Part shown: piece after piece, positions 1 through 11,168 of the stretch
Layout: the number at the start of each line of letters is the position of its first letter
How positions within the stretch are numbered: the first letter of the stretch is position 1
Assembly (NCBI GenBank): GCA_044224875.1
Contig: JBGAJQ010000010.1
Location: 32,001 to 96,000 of the forward strand
DNA from: Gemmatimonadaceae bacterium
Lineage (GTDB): Bacteria; Gemmatimonadota; Gemmatimonadetes; Gemmatimonadales; Gemmatimonadaceae
DNA length: 64,000 nucleotides
Reading direction: 5' to 3'
Notes under the pieces: model-generated
What the model saw: only the letters and a program-made list of their open reading frames with translations
Databases searched by the model: none
What the model was told of the DNA's origin: nothing
Program-made: the position numbers and the translations under genes

Positions 1-1249
1 TGCCGCAGATCCACGCCACCGTCCGCTCCAGCCCCAACCCGTAGCCGGAGTGCACGAACGTGCCGTATTTCCTCAGGTCCAGGTACCACCCATACGCATC
101 GACGGGCAGACCCTCCTCGTGAATACGCGCCAGGAGTTTGTCGTGGTCGTCTTCTCGCTGCGATCCACCAATGATCTCGCCGTATCCCTCCGGCGCCAGG
201 CAGTCGTCGCAAAGGACGGTTCGCGGATCGTCTGGATTTTCCTTCATGTAGAAGGCCTTGGCGCCCTTGGGATAGTTGCAGACGAAGATTGGCGTTTGAT
301 AGTCCGCCACCAAGAGCGTCTCGTCCTCCGCGCCCAAGTCGTCCCCCCATTGGATGGCGCTTCCCTTGGCCTGTAACGTTGCCACGGCGTCGCTGTAGGC
401 GATGCGGGGAAACGGTCCCTTGATGCACTCGAGCTTCAACACATCCCGCTCGAGGTCCTTCAATTCCGCCTGTCGCCGCTCGAGCACACGCTCCACGATG
501 AACACCAGCATGTCCTCCTGGAGCTGCATGTTGTCGTGTGTGTCATAAAACGCCATCTCCGGTTCGATCATCCAGAACTCAGTGAGGTGGCGCCTCGTCT
601 TCGACTTTTCGGCGCGGAACGTGGGGCCAAAGGTGTAGATCCGACCTAACGCGGCAGCAGCGGCTTCCCCGTACAATTGCCCCGTCTGCGCCAGATAGGC
701 GAAGCCCTCGTCGAAGTACTCGGTCTGGAACAACCCGCTCCGCTCACCGATGGCGGCCGTCAGGATCGGCGTGTCGACATGGACGAAATCTCGGGAGTAA
801 AAGAAGTCATGGATGGCCTGCTCGATCTCGTGCCGGATGCGCATGATGGCCACCTGTCGCGGCGATCGCAGCCAGAGGTGCCGGTTGTCCAGCAGGAAGT
901 CGACCCCATGTTCCTTGGGCTGGATGGGGTAATCCAGCGGGCTCGGACCAAGGAGCTCGAGATTGGTGACCCCCATCTCATAGCCGCCCGGTGCACGTGG
1001 CTCAGCCCGAACTTCACCTGTGACCGAAAGCGAGGTCTCCAGCGTCAATTGGGAGAACGCCTCCCACACGGCCGCGCTGAGCTGCGACTTCACCAGGACG
1101 CACTGCAGCACGCCCGTGCCGTCGCGCATGACGACAAAGGCAACCTTGCCTGACGAACGGAGGTGGGTGACCCATCCTCGGACGGTCGCCTGACCACCCG
1201 CAACGGTAGGCAACTTGTTGATAAGAACGGACGCTGACGAAGTGGACAC
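1..1249 (-). CDS. asnS: Asparagine--tRNA ligase (3' end runs off the window)
   Basis: Manual translation from GTG at 1249: ...VRGWVTHLRSSGKVAFVVMRDGTG (OB fold), TFGPTFRAEKSKTRRHLTEFWMIEPE (motif 2), WYLDLRKYGTFVHSGYGLGLERTVAWICG (motif 3). Missing from the ORF track because there is no stop in the window. Confidence 0.95.
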   Translation of the reverse strand, partial: MSTSSASVLINKLPTVAGGQATVRGWVTHLRSSGKVAFVVMRDGTGVLQCVLVKSQLSAAVWEAFSQLTLETSLSVTGEVRAEPRAPGGYEMGVTNLELLGPSPLDYPIQPKEHGVDFLLDNRHLWLRSPRQVAIMRIRHEIEQAIHDFFYSRDFVHVDTPILTAAIGERSGLFQTEYFDEGFAYLAQTGQLYGEAAAAALGRIYTFGPTFRAEKSKTRRHLTEFWMIEPEMAFYDTHDNMQLQEDMLVFIVERVLERRQAELKDLERDVLKLECIKGPFPRIAYSDAVATLQAKGSAIQWGDDLGAEDETLLVADYQTPIFVCNYPKGAKAFYMKENPDDPRTVLCDDCLAPEGYGEIIGGSQREDDHDKLLARIHEEGLPVDAYGWYLDLRKYGTFVHSGYGLGLERTVAWICG

Positions 1250-1419
1250 GGTGGCTGGTAAGGGAAGAAAGCCGCGGAAAGCTATGAGCCGCCTGACGCG
1301 CATGCAATTGCATTACACAGTACGTTTCTCGGGGTGAAAATGGCCCCTCACGACTACAGACCTTTGGTCGCTCCTGCGAAGCTGACGCCAACGCGTAGAC
1401 ACGGAGTACGCCCAGCGGC

Positions 1420-2931
1420 ATGACGCTGCGCGTCCGCCTTGCCCTCGGGATCGCTGCCATCGCCCTCGCGTTGGTGGCGCCGTTGCTCGTGTCCGCTCGC
1501 TCGCTACGTCAGCTCAGCACGGAAACGGCGCAGCTGCGCGATCGAGAATTCGCCGCAACGCTCATCCTCGGGCGGATGCGTGCGGCCGCGCAGGAGCTGT
1601 CGCAACGCACCGAATTGCTGACGTTGTTTCCCTCCGATACCACACGCGAGACCTTTCTCGCGAAGTTACGGATCCTCTCCGCCAGCGCCGACACCCTGCA
1701 ACGCATGACGGGAAGCGCGGGACTCGTGCGGCTGCAGGCGACGCTCGATGCCCTCCGACAGGCCACGCCGACGGTGTATGCCTTGGCGATTCGGGGACGC
1801 ACGGCCCAAGCGGATTCGCTGGTAGACAAGGTGATGCGTCGCGACCTCACAGAGATGCAACGCATCCTCGAGGTGACCGAGGCGTCGCTCCAGGACCGCA
1901 TGCGCGACGCCGTACTGAATTTTGCGGCGCTCTCCGCCGAGGCGCGGCGCTGGTCGGCCTTGGCGTTAGGCGGTGCCGCGGTCCTGGCGTTCCTGATTGC
2001 TGTCTGGCTGACGCAATCCATCACCCGCCCTCTGGACGAACTGGATCGCGGCATGCGGGCGGTGGCCGAGGGCGAGTACTCGCACCACCTACGCGGTCTG
2101 CTGTCGCGAAGGGACGAATTTGGACGGCTGGGCGCGTCGTATCGATCGATGGCATCTCAACTGCGAGAGCTCGATCGCCTCAAGGCCGAGTTCATCTCTG
2201 TCGCCTCGCATGATCTCAAGACGCCGATCAACGTCATCGGCGGGTACCTCCAGCTGTTGCAGGAGGGGGTTTACGGAGACATCTCGCCCAGACAGCGCGA
2301 GATCCTGCAAACGCTCACGGCGCAATCCAAGCAGTTGTCACGACTCGTCAGGCAGCTGCTGGACGTTTCGCGCTTCGAGGCGGGCGGCGGCAAACTCGAA
2401 CTGCGAAACCTCAAGCTCGTGCCGTTCTTTACGGAGCTGGAGCGTGCCTTCCGAGTCCTCGCCTTGCAGCGGGACGTCCTGTTCATCGTCCGGCGCGATC
2501 CATCGCTCCCGGCTGAGGCGACGTGGGACCCCGAGCGCATCAACGAGGTGTTGGGGAATATCCTGTCGAACGCCTTCAAGTTCACGCCGAAAGGTGGGAC
2601 CGTCGAGCTCGCCGCCACGGCCGAAAATGGCAATGTCAGGCTGATCGCCCGCGATACCGGCGCTGGGATTCCCTCCAACCAACTCCCGTACATCTTTGAG
2701 AAGTTCTATCAGGCGGACAACCAGGATGTCTCCGGCATCCGCGGCACGGGACTCGGCTTGGCGATCGCGAAAGGCATCATCGCCGCACATGGCGGCACCA
2801 TCTCGGTGGAAAGTCAGATCGGCATGGGCACCACCTTCAATATCGTGCTGCCGGTTCGTGCCGTCCTCACGGCGCGCCGCGCAACGCCGTCTGCGCCGCA
2901 ACCCCCCGCCTTGCCACCGTCCACCACATGA
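1420..2931 (+). CDS. Membrane HAMP-domain sensor histidine kinase
   Basis: Two TM segments, HAMP, H-box SHDLKTP, N-box NILSNAFKF, DTGAG, FEKF and GTGLGL boxes. Confidence 0.93.
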   Translation: MTLRVRLALGIAAIALALVAPLLVSARSLRQLSTETAQLRDREFAATLILGRMRAAAQELSQRTELLTLFPSDTTRETFLAKLRILSASADTLQRMTGSAGLVRLQATLDALRQATPTVYALAIRGRTAQADSLVDKVMRRDLTEMQRILEVTEASLQDRMRDAVLNFAALSAEARRWSALALGGAAVLAFLIAVWLTQSITRPLDELDRGMRAVAEGEYSHHLRGLLSRRDEFGRLGASYRSMASQLRELDRLKAEFISVASHDLKTPINVIGGYLQLLQEGVYGDISPRQREILQTLTAQSKQLSRLVRQLLDVSRFEAGGGKLELRNLKLVPFFTELERAFRVLALQRDVLFIVRRDPSLPAEATWDPERINEVLGNILSNAFKFTPKGGTVELAATAENGNVRLIARDTGAGIPSNQLPYIFEKFYQADNQDVSGIRGTGLGLAIAKGIIAAHGGTISVESQIGMGTTFNIVLPVRAVLTARRATPSAPQPPALPPSTT

Positions 2932-3467
2932 CGCGCCGCCTGTTGTGGCTGGCGTTGGTGCTGGCGGCTTGCGCGCGGCCGGCGCAGCCACCAGCCCCGG
3001 TCGTCGCCCCGCCCGTCCTGCCACCCGTCACCGCCGTGTCGCCGTGGCCTGGACTCCTTCGCCAGGCGCAACAAGCGGCCGACGCCGGCGATTATGCCAC
3101 GGCCGACCGAATCCTCGCCGAATACGGCGTCGCGCACCCGAAAACGCCGGAGGGGGCCGAGGCCGATTTCTTTCGGGCCCTGTTCAAGGCAGATCCGCCG
3201 AATGCCGCCAGCACCATCCGTGAGCAACTCGGAGCGTTCGACGCCTACCTGGTCGGTGGGTCGGCACAACCGCACTACACAGAGGCGATCGTGATTCGAC
3301 GCCTGCTCGAGTCGTCGGACTCACTGCGCGCGCTCGTCGCCGCCGTCCGTGCTACGCAAGACGCTCGCGCGCGGGTCCGCGAAGATGAGATCCGTCGCCT
3401 CACGGACGTCCTGGAAAAAACCACCGCCGAGCTGGAACGAATCAAGCGTCGGCTCGCCAAGCCCTAG
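2928..3467 (+). CDS. Hypothetical alpha-helical lipoprotein with C-terminal coiled coil
   Basis: Lipobox LAAC, Pro-rich linker, ATGA overlap with the kinase stop. Confidence 0.75.
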   Translation: MTRRLLWLALVLAACARPAQPPAPVVAPPVLPPVTAVSPWPGLLRQAQQAADAGDYATADRILAEYGVAHPKTPEGAEADFFRALFKADPPNAASTIREQLGAFDAYLVGGSAQPHYTEAIVIRRLLESSDSLRALVAAVRATQDARARVREDEIRRLTDVLEKTTAELERIKRRLAKP

Positions 3468-5578
3468 CCCACCCGGAAGAGCGCCAGCGAACGCGCATAG
3501 CGTTCGTGCAACACCCGTCGCAAGCCGGCGTGCTCCTGACGTTGCAGCTCGGGGTCGGCGTCGAGAAGGCGTGTCGCCAGGCCCAGCGCGCGCTCATTGA
3601 GCACCTCGTCCCGCAATGGGTCGGCGATGGCGAACGTCCGCTCACCGTGCTGTCGCTCGCCAAACAAGTCGCCCATCCCTCGCAGGCGCAGGTCGGCACG
3701 TGAAATCTCGAACCCGTCCTCCGTTTCAACCAGGATTCGCAGGCGAGCCGCGGAATCGCCGCCCGTGTCGCCCAACAAGATGCAATACGAAGACTCTCCG
3801 CCACGCCCGACTCGACCGCGGAGCTGGTGCAGCTGCGACAAGCCGAAGCGCTCCGGGTGCTCGATGACCATGACCGTGGCATTCGGTACGTCAATGCCAA
3901 CCTCGATCACCGTCGTTGCCACCAGGATGTCCACCGCGCCGTCGCGGAAAGAACGCATCGCTGCGTCGCGTTGATCTCCGTTCAACCGCCCATGAACCAA
4001 GGCCACCCGACGTGAAGCAAAGGGCCCCGCGGACAGCGCCTCGAATGCCGTCGTCGCTGCCTTCAAGTCGCTCTTCTCCGACTCCTCGATGACGGGATAC
4101 ACGATGTAGGCCTGGCGACCCAACGCGACCTGCTGCTCGACAAAACGCAGCACGCGTTCGCGTTGGGATTCGCTCCGCATCACCGTGGTGACCGGCTGGC
4201 GCCCAGGCGGCCGCTCGTCCAGCACGGACAGGTCCAGGTCGCCGTATAGCGTCAGGGCCAGCGAGCGCGGGATGGGCGTGGCCGTCATCAACAGCACATC
4301 GGGGGCATCGCCCTTCTCGCCTAACGTTGCTCGTTGCTCAACGCCAAAGCGGTGCTGCTCATCCACGATCACCAGCCCAAGCCTGGCGAATCGCGTGCGC
4401 TCGGTGAGCAAGGCGTGGGTGCCCACGGCCAGCACCGGTTCGGTGGATAGTAGTCGGGCATCGACTTCCCGTCGCGCCTTTGCCCCGAGGGACCCGGTCA
4501 CCAGCACCGGCATGAGCCCCAACGGATGCAACAGGCGCGTCAGCGTCATCAGGTGCTGCTCCGCCAGCAGTTCGGTTGGCGCCATGAGCGCCACCTGATA
4601 CCCGTTCTCCATTGCCAGCAGCGCGGCAAACAGCGCCACGATCGTCTTCCCGCTCCCGACATCGCCCTGCAACAGCCGGTGCATGCGCCGCGACGAACAC
4701 ATGTCGGCGACAATCTCCCGCACGGCCCGCGTCTGCGCTCCAGTCAACGCAAAGGGCAACGAGCCCTTCAAGGCCGTCGTGAGGGACCGGTGCATCTCGA
4801 AGCGAATGCCTTCCCGCGCCTCGCGCGCGATCGCATTGGCCCGTCGCTGCAACAGGTGCACCATCAACAGCTCGTCGAAAGCCAGGCGATCGCGGCCATT
4901 GATGGCCTCCGACACACTGGCGGGACGGTGCACGTGTCGCAGCGCGTCGCTGAGTGATTCCACCGCCGCTTCACGGCGGAGCCCGTCCGGAAGGTGCTCC
5001 GAAACCTGGGGGACAAGCTGGTCCAGGTATCGATCGATCAGGAAGCGAAGGCTTCGCGCCGTAACACCTTCGGTGGCGGGGTACACCGCCAACACGCGTC
5101 CGCTTCCCATCCCCTCGTCGTCACGACCAAGGTTCACGTATTCACGGGGGGTGAGCTGCCGACCGTGAAAGAAGCGGCAGGGCCCCGTCAGCAGCAACAT
5201 GTCGTCCTTCTCGATCGAGCGATCGAGATACGGCTGCCCCGGCCACGATGCCTCGATCATTCCGCTCTCGTCGCGGATGACGGCCTGGAAGATCCGCAGG
5301 CCGCGCCGCGTCGGAATCACCCCCTTCGAGATCACGCGGCCCATCACGGTCACGTCCATGCCTGGCTGCACAGTCGCAATCGGCGTCAGCGTGCTCGCGT
5401 CCTCGTAGCGGTGCGGGACATGCCACAGCAGATCGCCCGCCACTCGGATACCGAGCCGCATCATCAATTCCGCACGCCGCTCGCCCACACCCTTCAGAAA
5501 CTGGACAGGTGTCGTCAGCGTGACCGGTGGTCCCTGTCCCGCCGTCCGCCCTGCGTTACGGCGCGGGTCGCCTGTCAT
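3464..5578 (-). CDS. recG: ATP-dependent DNA helicase RecG
   Basis: LQGDVGSGKT, DEQHRFG, TATPIPR and QLRGRVGRG motifs; N-terminal wedge domain. Confidence 0.97.
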   Translation of the reverse strand: MTGDPRRNAGRTAGQGPPVTLTTPVQFLKGVGERRAELMMRLGIRVAGDLLWHVPHRYEDASTLTPIATVQPGMDVTVMGRVISKGVIPTRRGLRIFQAVIRDESGMIEASWPGQPYLDRSIEKDDMLLLTGPCRFFHGRQLTPREYVNLGRDDEGMGSGRVLAVYPATEGVTARSLRFLIDRYLDQLVPQVSEHLPDGLRREAAVESLSDALRHVHRPASVSEAINGRDRLAFDELLMVHLLQRRANAIAREAREGIRFEMHRSLTTALKGSLPFALTGAQTRAVREIVADMCSSRRMHRLLQGDVGSGKTIVALFAALLAMENGYQVALMAPTELLAEQHLMTLTRLLHPLGLMPVLVTGSLGAKARREVDARLLSTEPVLAVGTHALLTERTRFARLGLVIVDEQHRFGVEQRATLGEKGDAPDVLLMTATPIPRSLALTLYGDLDLSVLDERPPGRQPVTTVMRSESQRERVLRFVEQQVALGRQAYIVYPVIEESEKSDLKAATTAFEALSAGPFASRRVALVHGRLNGDQRDAAMRSFRDGAVDILVATTVIEVGIDVPNATVMVIEHPERFGLSQLHQLRGRVGRGGESSYCILLGDTGGDSAARLRILVETEDGFEISRADLRLRGMGDLFGERQHGERTFAIADPLRDEVLNERALGLATRLLDADPELQRQEHAGLRRVLHERYARSLALFRVG

Positions 5579-6510
5579 TCCTCGGCGAGCACGTCCTGAG
5601 CGAAGGCCTCCGCATCGAACGGAAGCAGGTCCTGCGCGGACTCCCCAACGCCCAGAAACTTCACCGGGACGTCGATCGCTTCGTGGACCGCGACGACGAT
5701 CCCTCCGCGCGCTGTCCCATCCACCTTTGTCACCACAAGGCCCGTCACCGGCACCGACTCGGCAAAGGTCTTCGCCTGCGCGACGGCATTCTGTCCAATG
5801 GTGCCGTCCAGTACGAGCAGGGTTTCGTGCGGCGCAGCGGGAAGACGACGCTGAATGACGCGGACCACCTTTCGCAGCTCGTCCATCAAGCCGGCCGATG
5901 TGTGCAGCCTCCCCGCCGTGTCGACGATCAGGACATCGGTGCCTCGACTCAGCGCCGCGTCGATGGCATCAAACGCCAGAGCCGCCGGGTCGCCTCCCGC
6001 TTGACCACCGACAAACGCGACGCCAACACGCTCCGCCCATAACCGGAGCTGCTCAATGGCCCCGGCACGAAAGGTATCGCCAGCCGCAACGAGCACGCTC
6101 TGGCCCTGGGACTTGAGGCGTGCCGCGAGCTTACCGATGAAGGTGGTCTTGCCAGCGCCGTTGACGCCGATGACCAGGATTACCGTCGGCTTTTGCGTGG
6201 AGAGGTTCAGCGCGGGATTGGAGTTTCCGGTGCGCAAGGCGCGCGCGACACTTCCGCTCAACGAGTCACGAAACTCATCGGCCGTCTTGACGTCCCCCCG
6301 ACGCGCGACCGCTTCAACCTCGGCGACGAGCTTGAGCGTTGTGGCAACGCCAAAATCCGCCTCCAGCAGCACTTCCTCCAGACGCTCCAACGACCCCGCC
6401 TGGACGCCACCGCGGGCCAGAACGTTGACGTCCGTAAGTGCAATGTCCTTGATGCGCTGCCACAGGGAGCGCTTGGGTAAGTCGCCGGTGCGACGAAAGA
6501 GACGAGCCAT
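5575..6510 (-). CDS. ftsY: SRP receptor FtsY
   Basis: GVNGAGKTT, DTFRAGA, DTAGR, TKVDGTARGG. Confidence 0.97.
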   Translation of the reverse strand: MARLFRRTGDLPKRSLWQRIKDIALTDVNVLARGGVQAGSLERLEEVLLEADFGVATTLKLVAEVEAVARRGDVKTADEFRDSLSGSVARALRTGNSNPALNLSTQKPTVILVIGVNGAGKTTFIGKLAARLKSQGQSVLVAAGDTFRAGAIEQLRLWAERVGVAFVGGQAGGDPAALAFDAIDAALSRGTDVLIVDTAGRLHTSAGLMDELRKVVRVIQRRLPAAPHETLLVLDGTIGQNAVAQAKTFAESVPVTGLVVTKVDGTARGGIVVAVHEAIDVPVKFLGVGESAQDLLPFDAEAFAQDVLAEE

Positions 6511-6567
6511 GCGGGAAACCTAGTCACCCGCCGTCACGCGACAGGAGGGCGGTCCGTGCCGCGATTG

Positions 6568-8364
6568 CTACCGCAACCCGGCTTGCCGCCGCAGCAACCA
6601 TTCGGCGCACAGCGACCCAACGAGCAGGACAAAGAGCCAGGCAAACGACCGCAGGTGCGGGGTGTCGCCTAACACCTCGCTGCCGCCAACACTTCCGGAA
6701 GCAACGCTGGGGCGGCGCGGCAAGAGTTCGGAGGATTCGTTGACGACCAGCAGTGCGCTTCCCCCACGTACGCGGACGTCGTATACGCCGCGCTCTCGCG
6801 CTGCCGATTCGGTGGTGCTGATTCCGGGCGCAAAGCGCAAAGTGAGTGTGTCGGTCACGTTGTCGCCACGACGGACGAGTACGGCCTGCACCAGACTGTC
6901 CTCGGCACTTCCCCGTCGCCAATGGATCGGCATGCCCGCACGCAGCGTCCCTTCGATTGGCACCACTGCGCGAGCATCGCCATGCTCCGCCGCCAACCAG
7001 TCGAGCAGGCTTCCCCACAACGCCGTATGTACGCCAACTCCGGCACCTCCGCGAAATCGCCATCGCCAAAAGCCAGAGGCCCCCACGACGACGATCCGTC
7101 GTGGACGCTCCCATGCGACGATGGCCACGCGGCGCTCCAGCCGGCGCGCGCGACGAGTCTCGAGCACCTCGGTTTCGCCTGTCGGCATGGTCGAGGTCAC
7201 CTCGAGCGGCGGCAACGAATCCCATGGAGAGCCCGACAACGCCGATGAAACGGGCGATGGCGGGGCCCCCGTTGCGTACCACTCGCCCGTCGACTCCTTG
7301 GGTGGCGCAAAGAGCAGGAGGGATCCGCGCGTGAGCGCGCGGGGATCGCCAAAGACCGCCGTGTCGCCATGCAACACCAACATGGGCGCGCTGCGCGCCG
7401 ATTGTCGGACGGATTCCTCCGACACGGCTGCCATCGCGCCCTCCTCCCTCCAGACGCCCGGCGCCACCCTGAAGAAGCCACGCGTGGGAAGTGACACCGT
7501 TCCACGGAGTACCGCGGTGAGTTCTCGCACGTCCAGGTCGGGTGACGTCGACACGATGACCGCACCCGCACCGGGTGACAGGTCAATCGCCACGGCGAGG
7601 GAGTCGTTGCGTGCCTCCTGGTCGCCGTCAGATGCGACGACGGCCTGCAACAAGGTGGGTCCCGCGCCGCCTGGCACCTGGAGCTTGGCGCGCAGCGTAC
7701 GCTCGCCGAACGGACCTAACGAGTCCAGCGCCACCGCAGGTGCCGCTCGGGTTCCCAGGGTGACATGCACACGGCCGGCCGAAGCCCCCAGGGGGCCGGC
7801 AGCGATCGTCACTTGCACGTCCAGCGTGTCGCCAGTCACGACGGCACGGGGCGCGCGCAGCTCTGCCACCGCTGCGTCACGCACCGATGCGGTGGGGGAC
7901 ACGACCACTTGCGAGCCGCGCGGGAGGCCGTTCAGTGTCGTCGGGTCATCCAACTCGCCGTCGGTATACAGCACCAGGGGTCGTCCCGCCGCGAGCGCAT
8001 TCTCCACCACCGGATGCACACGCGACGCTCCATCCATCGGTACCCGAAGGGTGGAACGATCGCCGCGGACGGAATCACCGAACACGAGCAGCGAATCCGT
8101 CGCTTGGGCGCGGGCGGCGCGCCTGGCTTCGGTGAAGGCCGTCGAATCACGACCGCGCCGCCAGCTGCTACTCACGTCGAGCGCAACGATCGGCGAAGCC
8201 GTGCGTTGCATGCCGACCGCCGCATCCAGCAACAGAGCCACCAACGCCGTCACGACCAGGGCGCGAAGCACGGCGGCCACTCGTGCCAGCCCCTTCGGGC
8301 GCGTGCCATACGCGTAGATCGCGGCTCCAATACCGGACGCCGCCGCAATGAGCCACGTCAGCAT
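6568..8364 (-). CDS. Membrane protein with vWA-like (MIDAS) and Ig-like domains
   Basis: N-terminal TMs, DVSSS (DxSxS), LYTDGE, C-terminal TM ending EWLLRRQAGLR. Confidence 0.65.
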   Translation of the reverse strand: MLTWLIAAASGIGAAIYAYGTRPKGLARVAAVLRALVVTALVALLLDAAVGMQRTASPIVALDVSSSWRRGRDSTAFTEARRAARAQATDSLLVFGDSVRGDRSTLRVPMDGASRVHPVVENALAAGRPLVLYTDGELDDPTTLNGLPRGSQVVVSPTASVRDAAVAELRAPRAVVTGDTLDVQVTIAAGPLGASAGRVHVTLGTRAAPAVALDSLGPFGERTLRAKLQVPGGAGPTLLQAVVASDGDQEARNDSLAVAIDLSPGAGAVIVSTSPDLDVRELTAVLRGTVSLPTRGFFRVAPGVWREEGAMAAVSEESVRQSARSAPMLVLHGDTAVFGDPRALTRGSLLLFAPPKESTGEWYATGAPPSPVSSALSGSPWDSLPPLEVTSTMPTGETEVLETRRARRLERRVAIVAWERPRRIVVVGASGFWRWRFRGGAGVGVHTALWGSLLDWLAAEHGDARAVVPIEGTLRAGMPIHWRRGSAEDSLVQAVLVRRGDNVTDTLTLRFAPGISTTESAARERGVYDVRVRGGSALLVVNESSELLPRRPSVASGSVGGSEVLGDTPHLRSFAWLFVLLVGSLCAEWLLRRQAGLR

Positions 8365-8406
8365 GGTGCGTGGCGCGTGTTCAACGAAGGACGAGGCATT
8401 GCAACG

Positions 8407-9657
8407 TCAGTGCGAATTGACGTCTGCCACAGAACCGGCCCCTCGTGCAAGCATGCCGAGGTAAGCCGCCTTTCGGGCGTCGAAGGCCGGTCGGTCCGAT
8501 GAAGCGATCGGAAGGCCGCCAGTGTAGTCCAGCGCCGTTCGCGGGTTGCGTTGCACGCCCCCGACCAGCACCTCGAAGTGGAGGTGTGGTGCCGTGGCGA
8601 GTCCAGTGGCTCCCACATAGGCGACCGTCTGCCCAATGTTCACGCGTGATCCTCGATGAATCGTTGCGGCGAAGCCGCGGAGGTGGCCGTAGCGGCTGAC
8701 GGCTCCATTTACGTGCCGAATCTCCAAGGTGTTGCCGAAGCCGCTCTTTCGCCCGGCAAAAATGACGAGTCCATCCCCGATCGCTCTCACCGGCGTCCCA
8801 CTAGACGCTGAGTAGTCAGTGCCCTTGTGCGCCCGCCAGATACCCAGGATTGGGTGCTTTCGCATGCCGAAGACCGAGGAGATTCGGCGGAATTCAAGCG
8901 GGGCACGGAGAAACGCAGCCTCCATCGCCTTGCCGTCTTGGTCAAAGTATTTAGCGCTGGTCCCGGATTCCTGGCGAATGGCGTCGATGGTCCGGCCCCC
9001 GGACACGTATTCGGCCGCAAGCACACGACCCACCCGTTCGGCGCCTGAGGGGCCGCGCTTGCGCTCCAGCAGCACGGAGAACGTGTCGCCCTCCTGGAGG
9101 TCTCGGCTCATGTCGAGCCGGTACTCGAAGATGTCGGCCACGGTCCAAGCCAACTCCACTCGTGTGGGGGCCGACAGCTCCACCGCGGCGCTATCCATGG
9201 CGTCGTAGAGCGTGGAGGCAATGGCTCCGCGGACGACCATGGTGTCCACTGTCCATGGAAGGAGTTCCTCACGTTTGACCCATCCCGAGTCCGTCCGAAT
9301 CAGCCGCAGCAAACGGTCGATGGCCACGTGCAGCGTGATGGCCCGCGGGGACGAATCTCCCGGCTGGCGGGCTCCTAGCGTTATGCGCATGCCGGCCGGA
9401 ATGCGGCGTGGGTCCAGGCCGGAAACACCGAGGGCGGCTGCAACATCCTCGCTCGACATCCCGGCGCGGCCGAGCACCTCTCCTAACGTCTCCCCGGCGG
9501 CCAATGAATCCGTGCGATCAGGGGCAGCAACATGCGACGCGCCGCCCAGCACTTCGGCCGGGCGGCGCTCGGGAAGGGGCCGCAGGAATCTGAGCGCCCC
9601 GAAGGCGAGTAGCGCCACCACCGACCAGGCGATGGCGCGTGCCCCCGCTGCTTTCAA
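8407..9657 (-). CDS. M23 family peptidoglycan endopeptidase (MepM-like)
   Basis: HKGTD (HxxxD) and PHLHFE (HxH) zinc motifs; TTG start overlaps the ftsZ stop. Confidence 0.92.
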   Translation of the reverse strand: MKAAGARAIAWSVVALLAFGALRFLRPLPERRPAEVLGGASHVAAPDRTDSLAAGETLGEVLGRAGMSSEDVAAALGVSGLDPRRIPAGMRITLGARQPGDSSPRAITLHVAIDRLLRLIRTDSGWVKREELLPWTVDTMVVRGAIASTLYDAMDSAAVELSAPTRVELAWTVADIFEYRLDMSRDLQEGDTFSVLLERKRGPSGAERVGRVLAAEYVSGGRTIDAIRQESGTSAKYFDQDGKAMEAAFLRAPLEFRRISSVFGMRKHPILGIWRAHKGTDYSASSGTPVRAIGDGLVIFAGRKSGFGNTLEIRHVNGAVSRYGHLRGFAATIHRGSRVNIGQTVAYVGATGLATAPHLHFEVLVGGVQRNPRTALDYTGGLPIASSDRPAFDARKAAYLGMLARGAGSVADVNSH

Positions 9658-10871
9658 TCCATCTGTCTCCGAATGAACGTCGGGATGTCCATGTCCGTCA
9701 GTTCCGAACTCTCAGTCTTGGGTGGCGCAGCCGTCGGCGGAACCACGCGCCGAACGCCTTCACCAGCCGGGGGTGGAGCGGCCGTCCGCACAGGCGTGCT
9801 ACTCGGATACGTTCGGACGGTTCCGGGGCGTTGGGCATTGATGGGGATGACGTTCTTGGCCCCGATCCCTGAGGGAATCCCGGCGCTCGCTACCACCGTG
9901 CTCTGGCCCAGGGCCCGGTCGAACCCGGTGGCAATCACCGTGACTCGGATTTCGCCTTGCATCGCTGGCTCGTGAACGGCGCCAAAGATGATCTCCGCGT
10001 CGTCACCCGCCGCATCGTGGACAATCTCGGAAATCTGGGTCACTTCGCCCAGCGTGAGATCGCCGCCGCCCGTGATGTTGAGCAGCACGCCGCTCGATCC
10101 GTTGATAGAGACGTTATCGAGCAACGGTGACGAAATCGCCTGCTGTGCCGCTTCCATGGCGCGGTTCTCCCCGCGGCCGATACCGGTTCCCATGAGGGCA
10201 GAACCGCCATTCGCCATCACTGTGCGAACGTCGGCAAAGTCCACGTTCACCAGCCCCGTCTTGCTGATGAGCGTGGAAATACCCTGGGTGGCGTGCAGCA
10301 GCACTTCGTCCGCCTTCTTGAGCGCATCCCCGAAGGGAATTCCCTTCCCAACGACCGCCAGCAGGCGCTCGTTAGGCACGATGATCATCGTGTCGACATG
10401 CGTGCGCATGTCCAGGATGCCCTGTTCGGCCTGCCGCATCCGCTTCTTGCCTTCGAAGAGGAACGGCTTGGTGACAATTCCCACCGTCAGCGCGCCGGCC
10501 TCCTTCGCCAGTTCGGCAACCACGGGAGCGGCCCCCGTCCCCGTGCCGCCGCCCATGCCGCACGTGACGAACACCAAGTCGGCATTCTGAAGGACGCGGC
10601 CGACTTCCTCGCGATTTTCCTCGATCGCCTGTCGGCCGATCTCTGGGCGCGCGCCAGCGCCAAGCCCACGAGTCAGCTTCTTGCCGATCTGGATCTTGAC
10701 GTCGGACTTCGAGGCGAGGAGTGCCTGCGCGTCCGTGTTGATCGAGATGAACTCCACCCCCTCCAAATGCTCCTCGATCATGCGATTCACCGCATTACCA
10801 CCACCTCCGCCGACGCCGGCCACCTTCATCCGTGCGTTCTGCGACGAGCTCTCCTCAAATTCGAAGATCAT
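9654..10871 (-). CDS. ftsZ: Cell division protein FtsZ
   Basis: GGGTGTG signature, NVDFAD, C-terminal DIPTFIR. Start set at ATG 10871 (MIFEFEE) with GGAG upstream. Confidence 0.98.
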   Translation of the reverse strand: MIFEFEESSSQNARMKVAGVGGGGGNAVNRMIEEHLEGVEFISINTDAQALLASKSDVKIQIGKKLTRGLGAGARPEIGRQAIEENREEVGRVLQNADLVFVTCGMGGGTGTGAAPVVAELAKEAGALTVGIVTKPFLFEGKKRMRQAEQGILDMRTHVDTMIIVPNERLLAVVGKGIPFGDALKKADEVLLHATQGISTLISKTGLVNVDFADVRTVMANGGSALMGTGIGRGENRAMEAAQQAISSPLLDNVSINGSSGVLLNITGGGDLTLGEVTQISEIVHDAAGDDAEIIFGAVHEPAMQGEIRVTVIATGFDRALGQSTVVASAGIPSGIGAKNVIPINAQRPGTVRTYPSSTPVRTAAPPPAGEGVRRVVPPTAAPPKTESSELTDMDIPTFIRRQMD

Positions 10872-10932
10872 TGCGCGCGTCACTCCCATGCGACGAGAAC
10901 GGCCGGCCCGTCGGCCGGTATCGTCGAGCTCG

Positions 10933-11074
10933 TGTGCAGAACTTTCCACACCAGAGCCCGCGAATACGATGTGAACCGCCGTCAATATAACTCGTTTCGT
11001 GACTGTGGCTACGTGCGACTAGGCAACACACGCGAAGTGGAGAACTCCACATTTCCACGTCGGGGTTTTCCACA
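10933..11074. promoter_or_regulatory. Cluster of DnaA-box-like sites upstream of ftsZ
   Basis: TTTTCCACA 11066-11074 matches TTWTNCACA; CTTTCCACA 10942-10950; TTCTGCACA on minus 10933-10941; ATTTCCACG 11051-11059. Confidence 0.4.
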
Positions 11075-11139
11075 TCCTGTGCATTTAGGGGAGCGGGGCC
11101 TGGGGTCGGTGCCGGATCGTGCCCTCGCCAAGGCCCCCG

Positions 11140-11168
11140 AAAGAAAACGGCGCCCAACAAGGGCGCCG
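11140..11168 (-). terminator. Intrinsic terminator after ftsA
   Basis: Stem CGGCGCCC/GGGCGCCG with a 5-nt loop, followed on minus by TTTTCTTT. Confidence 0.7.
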
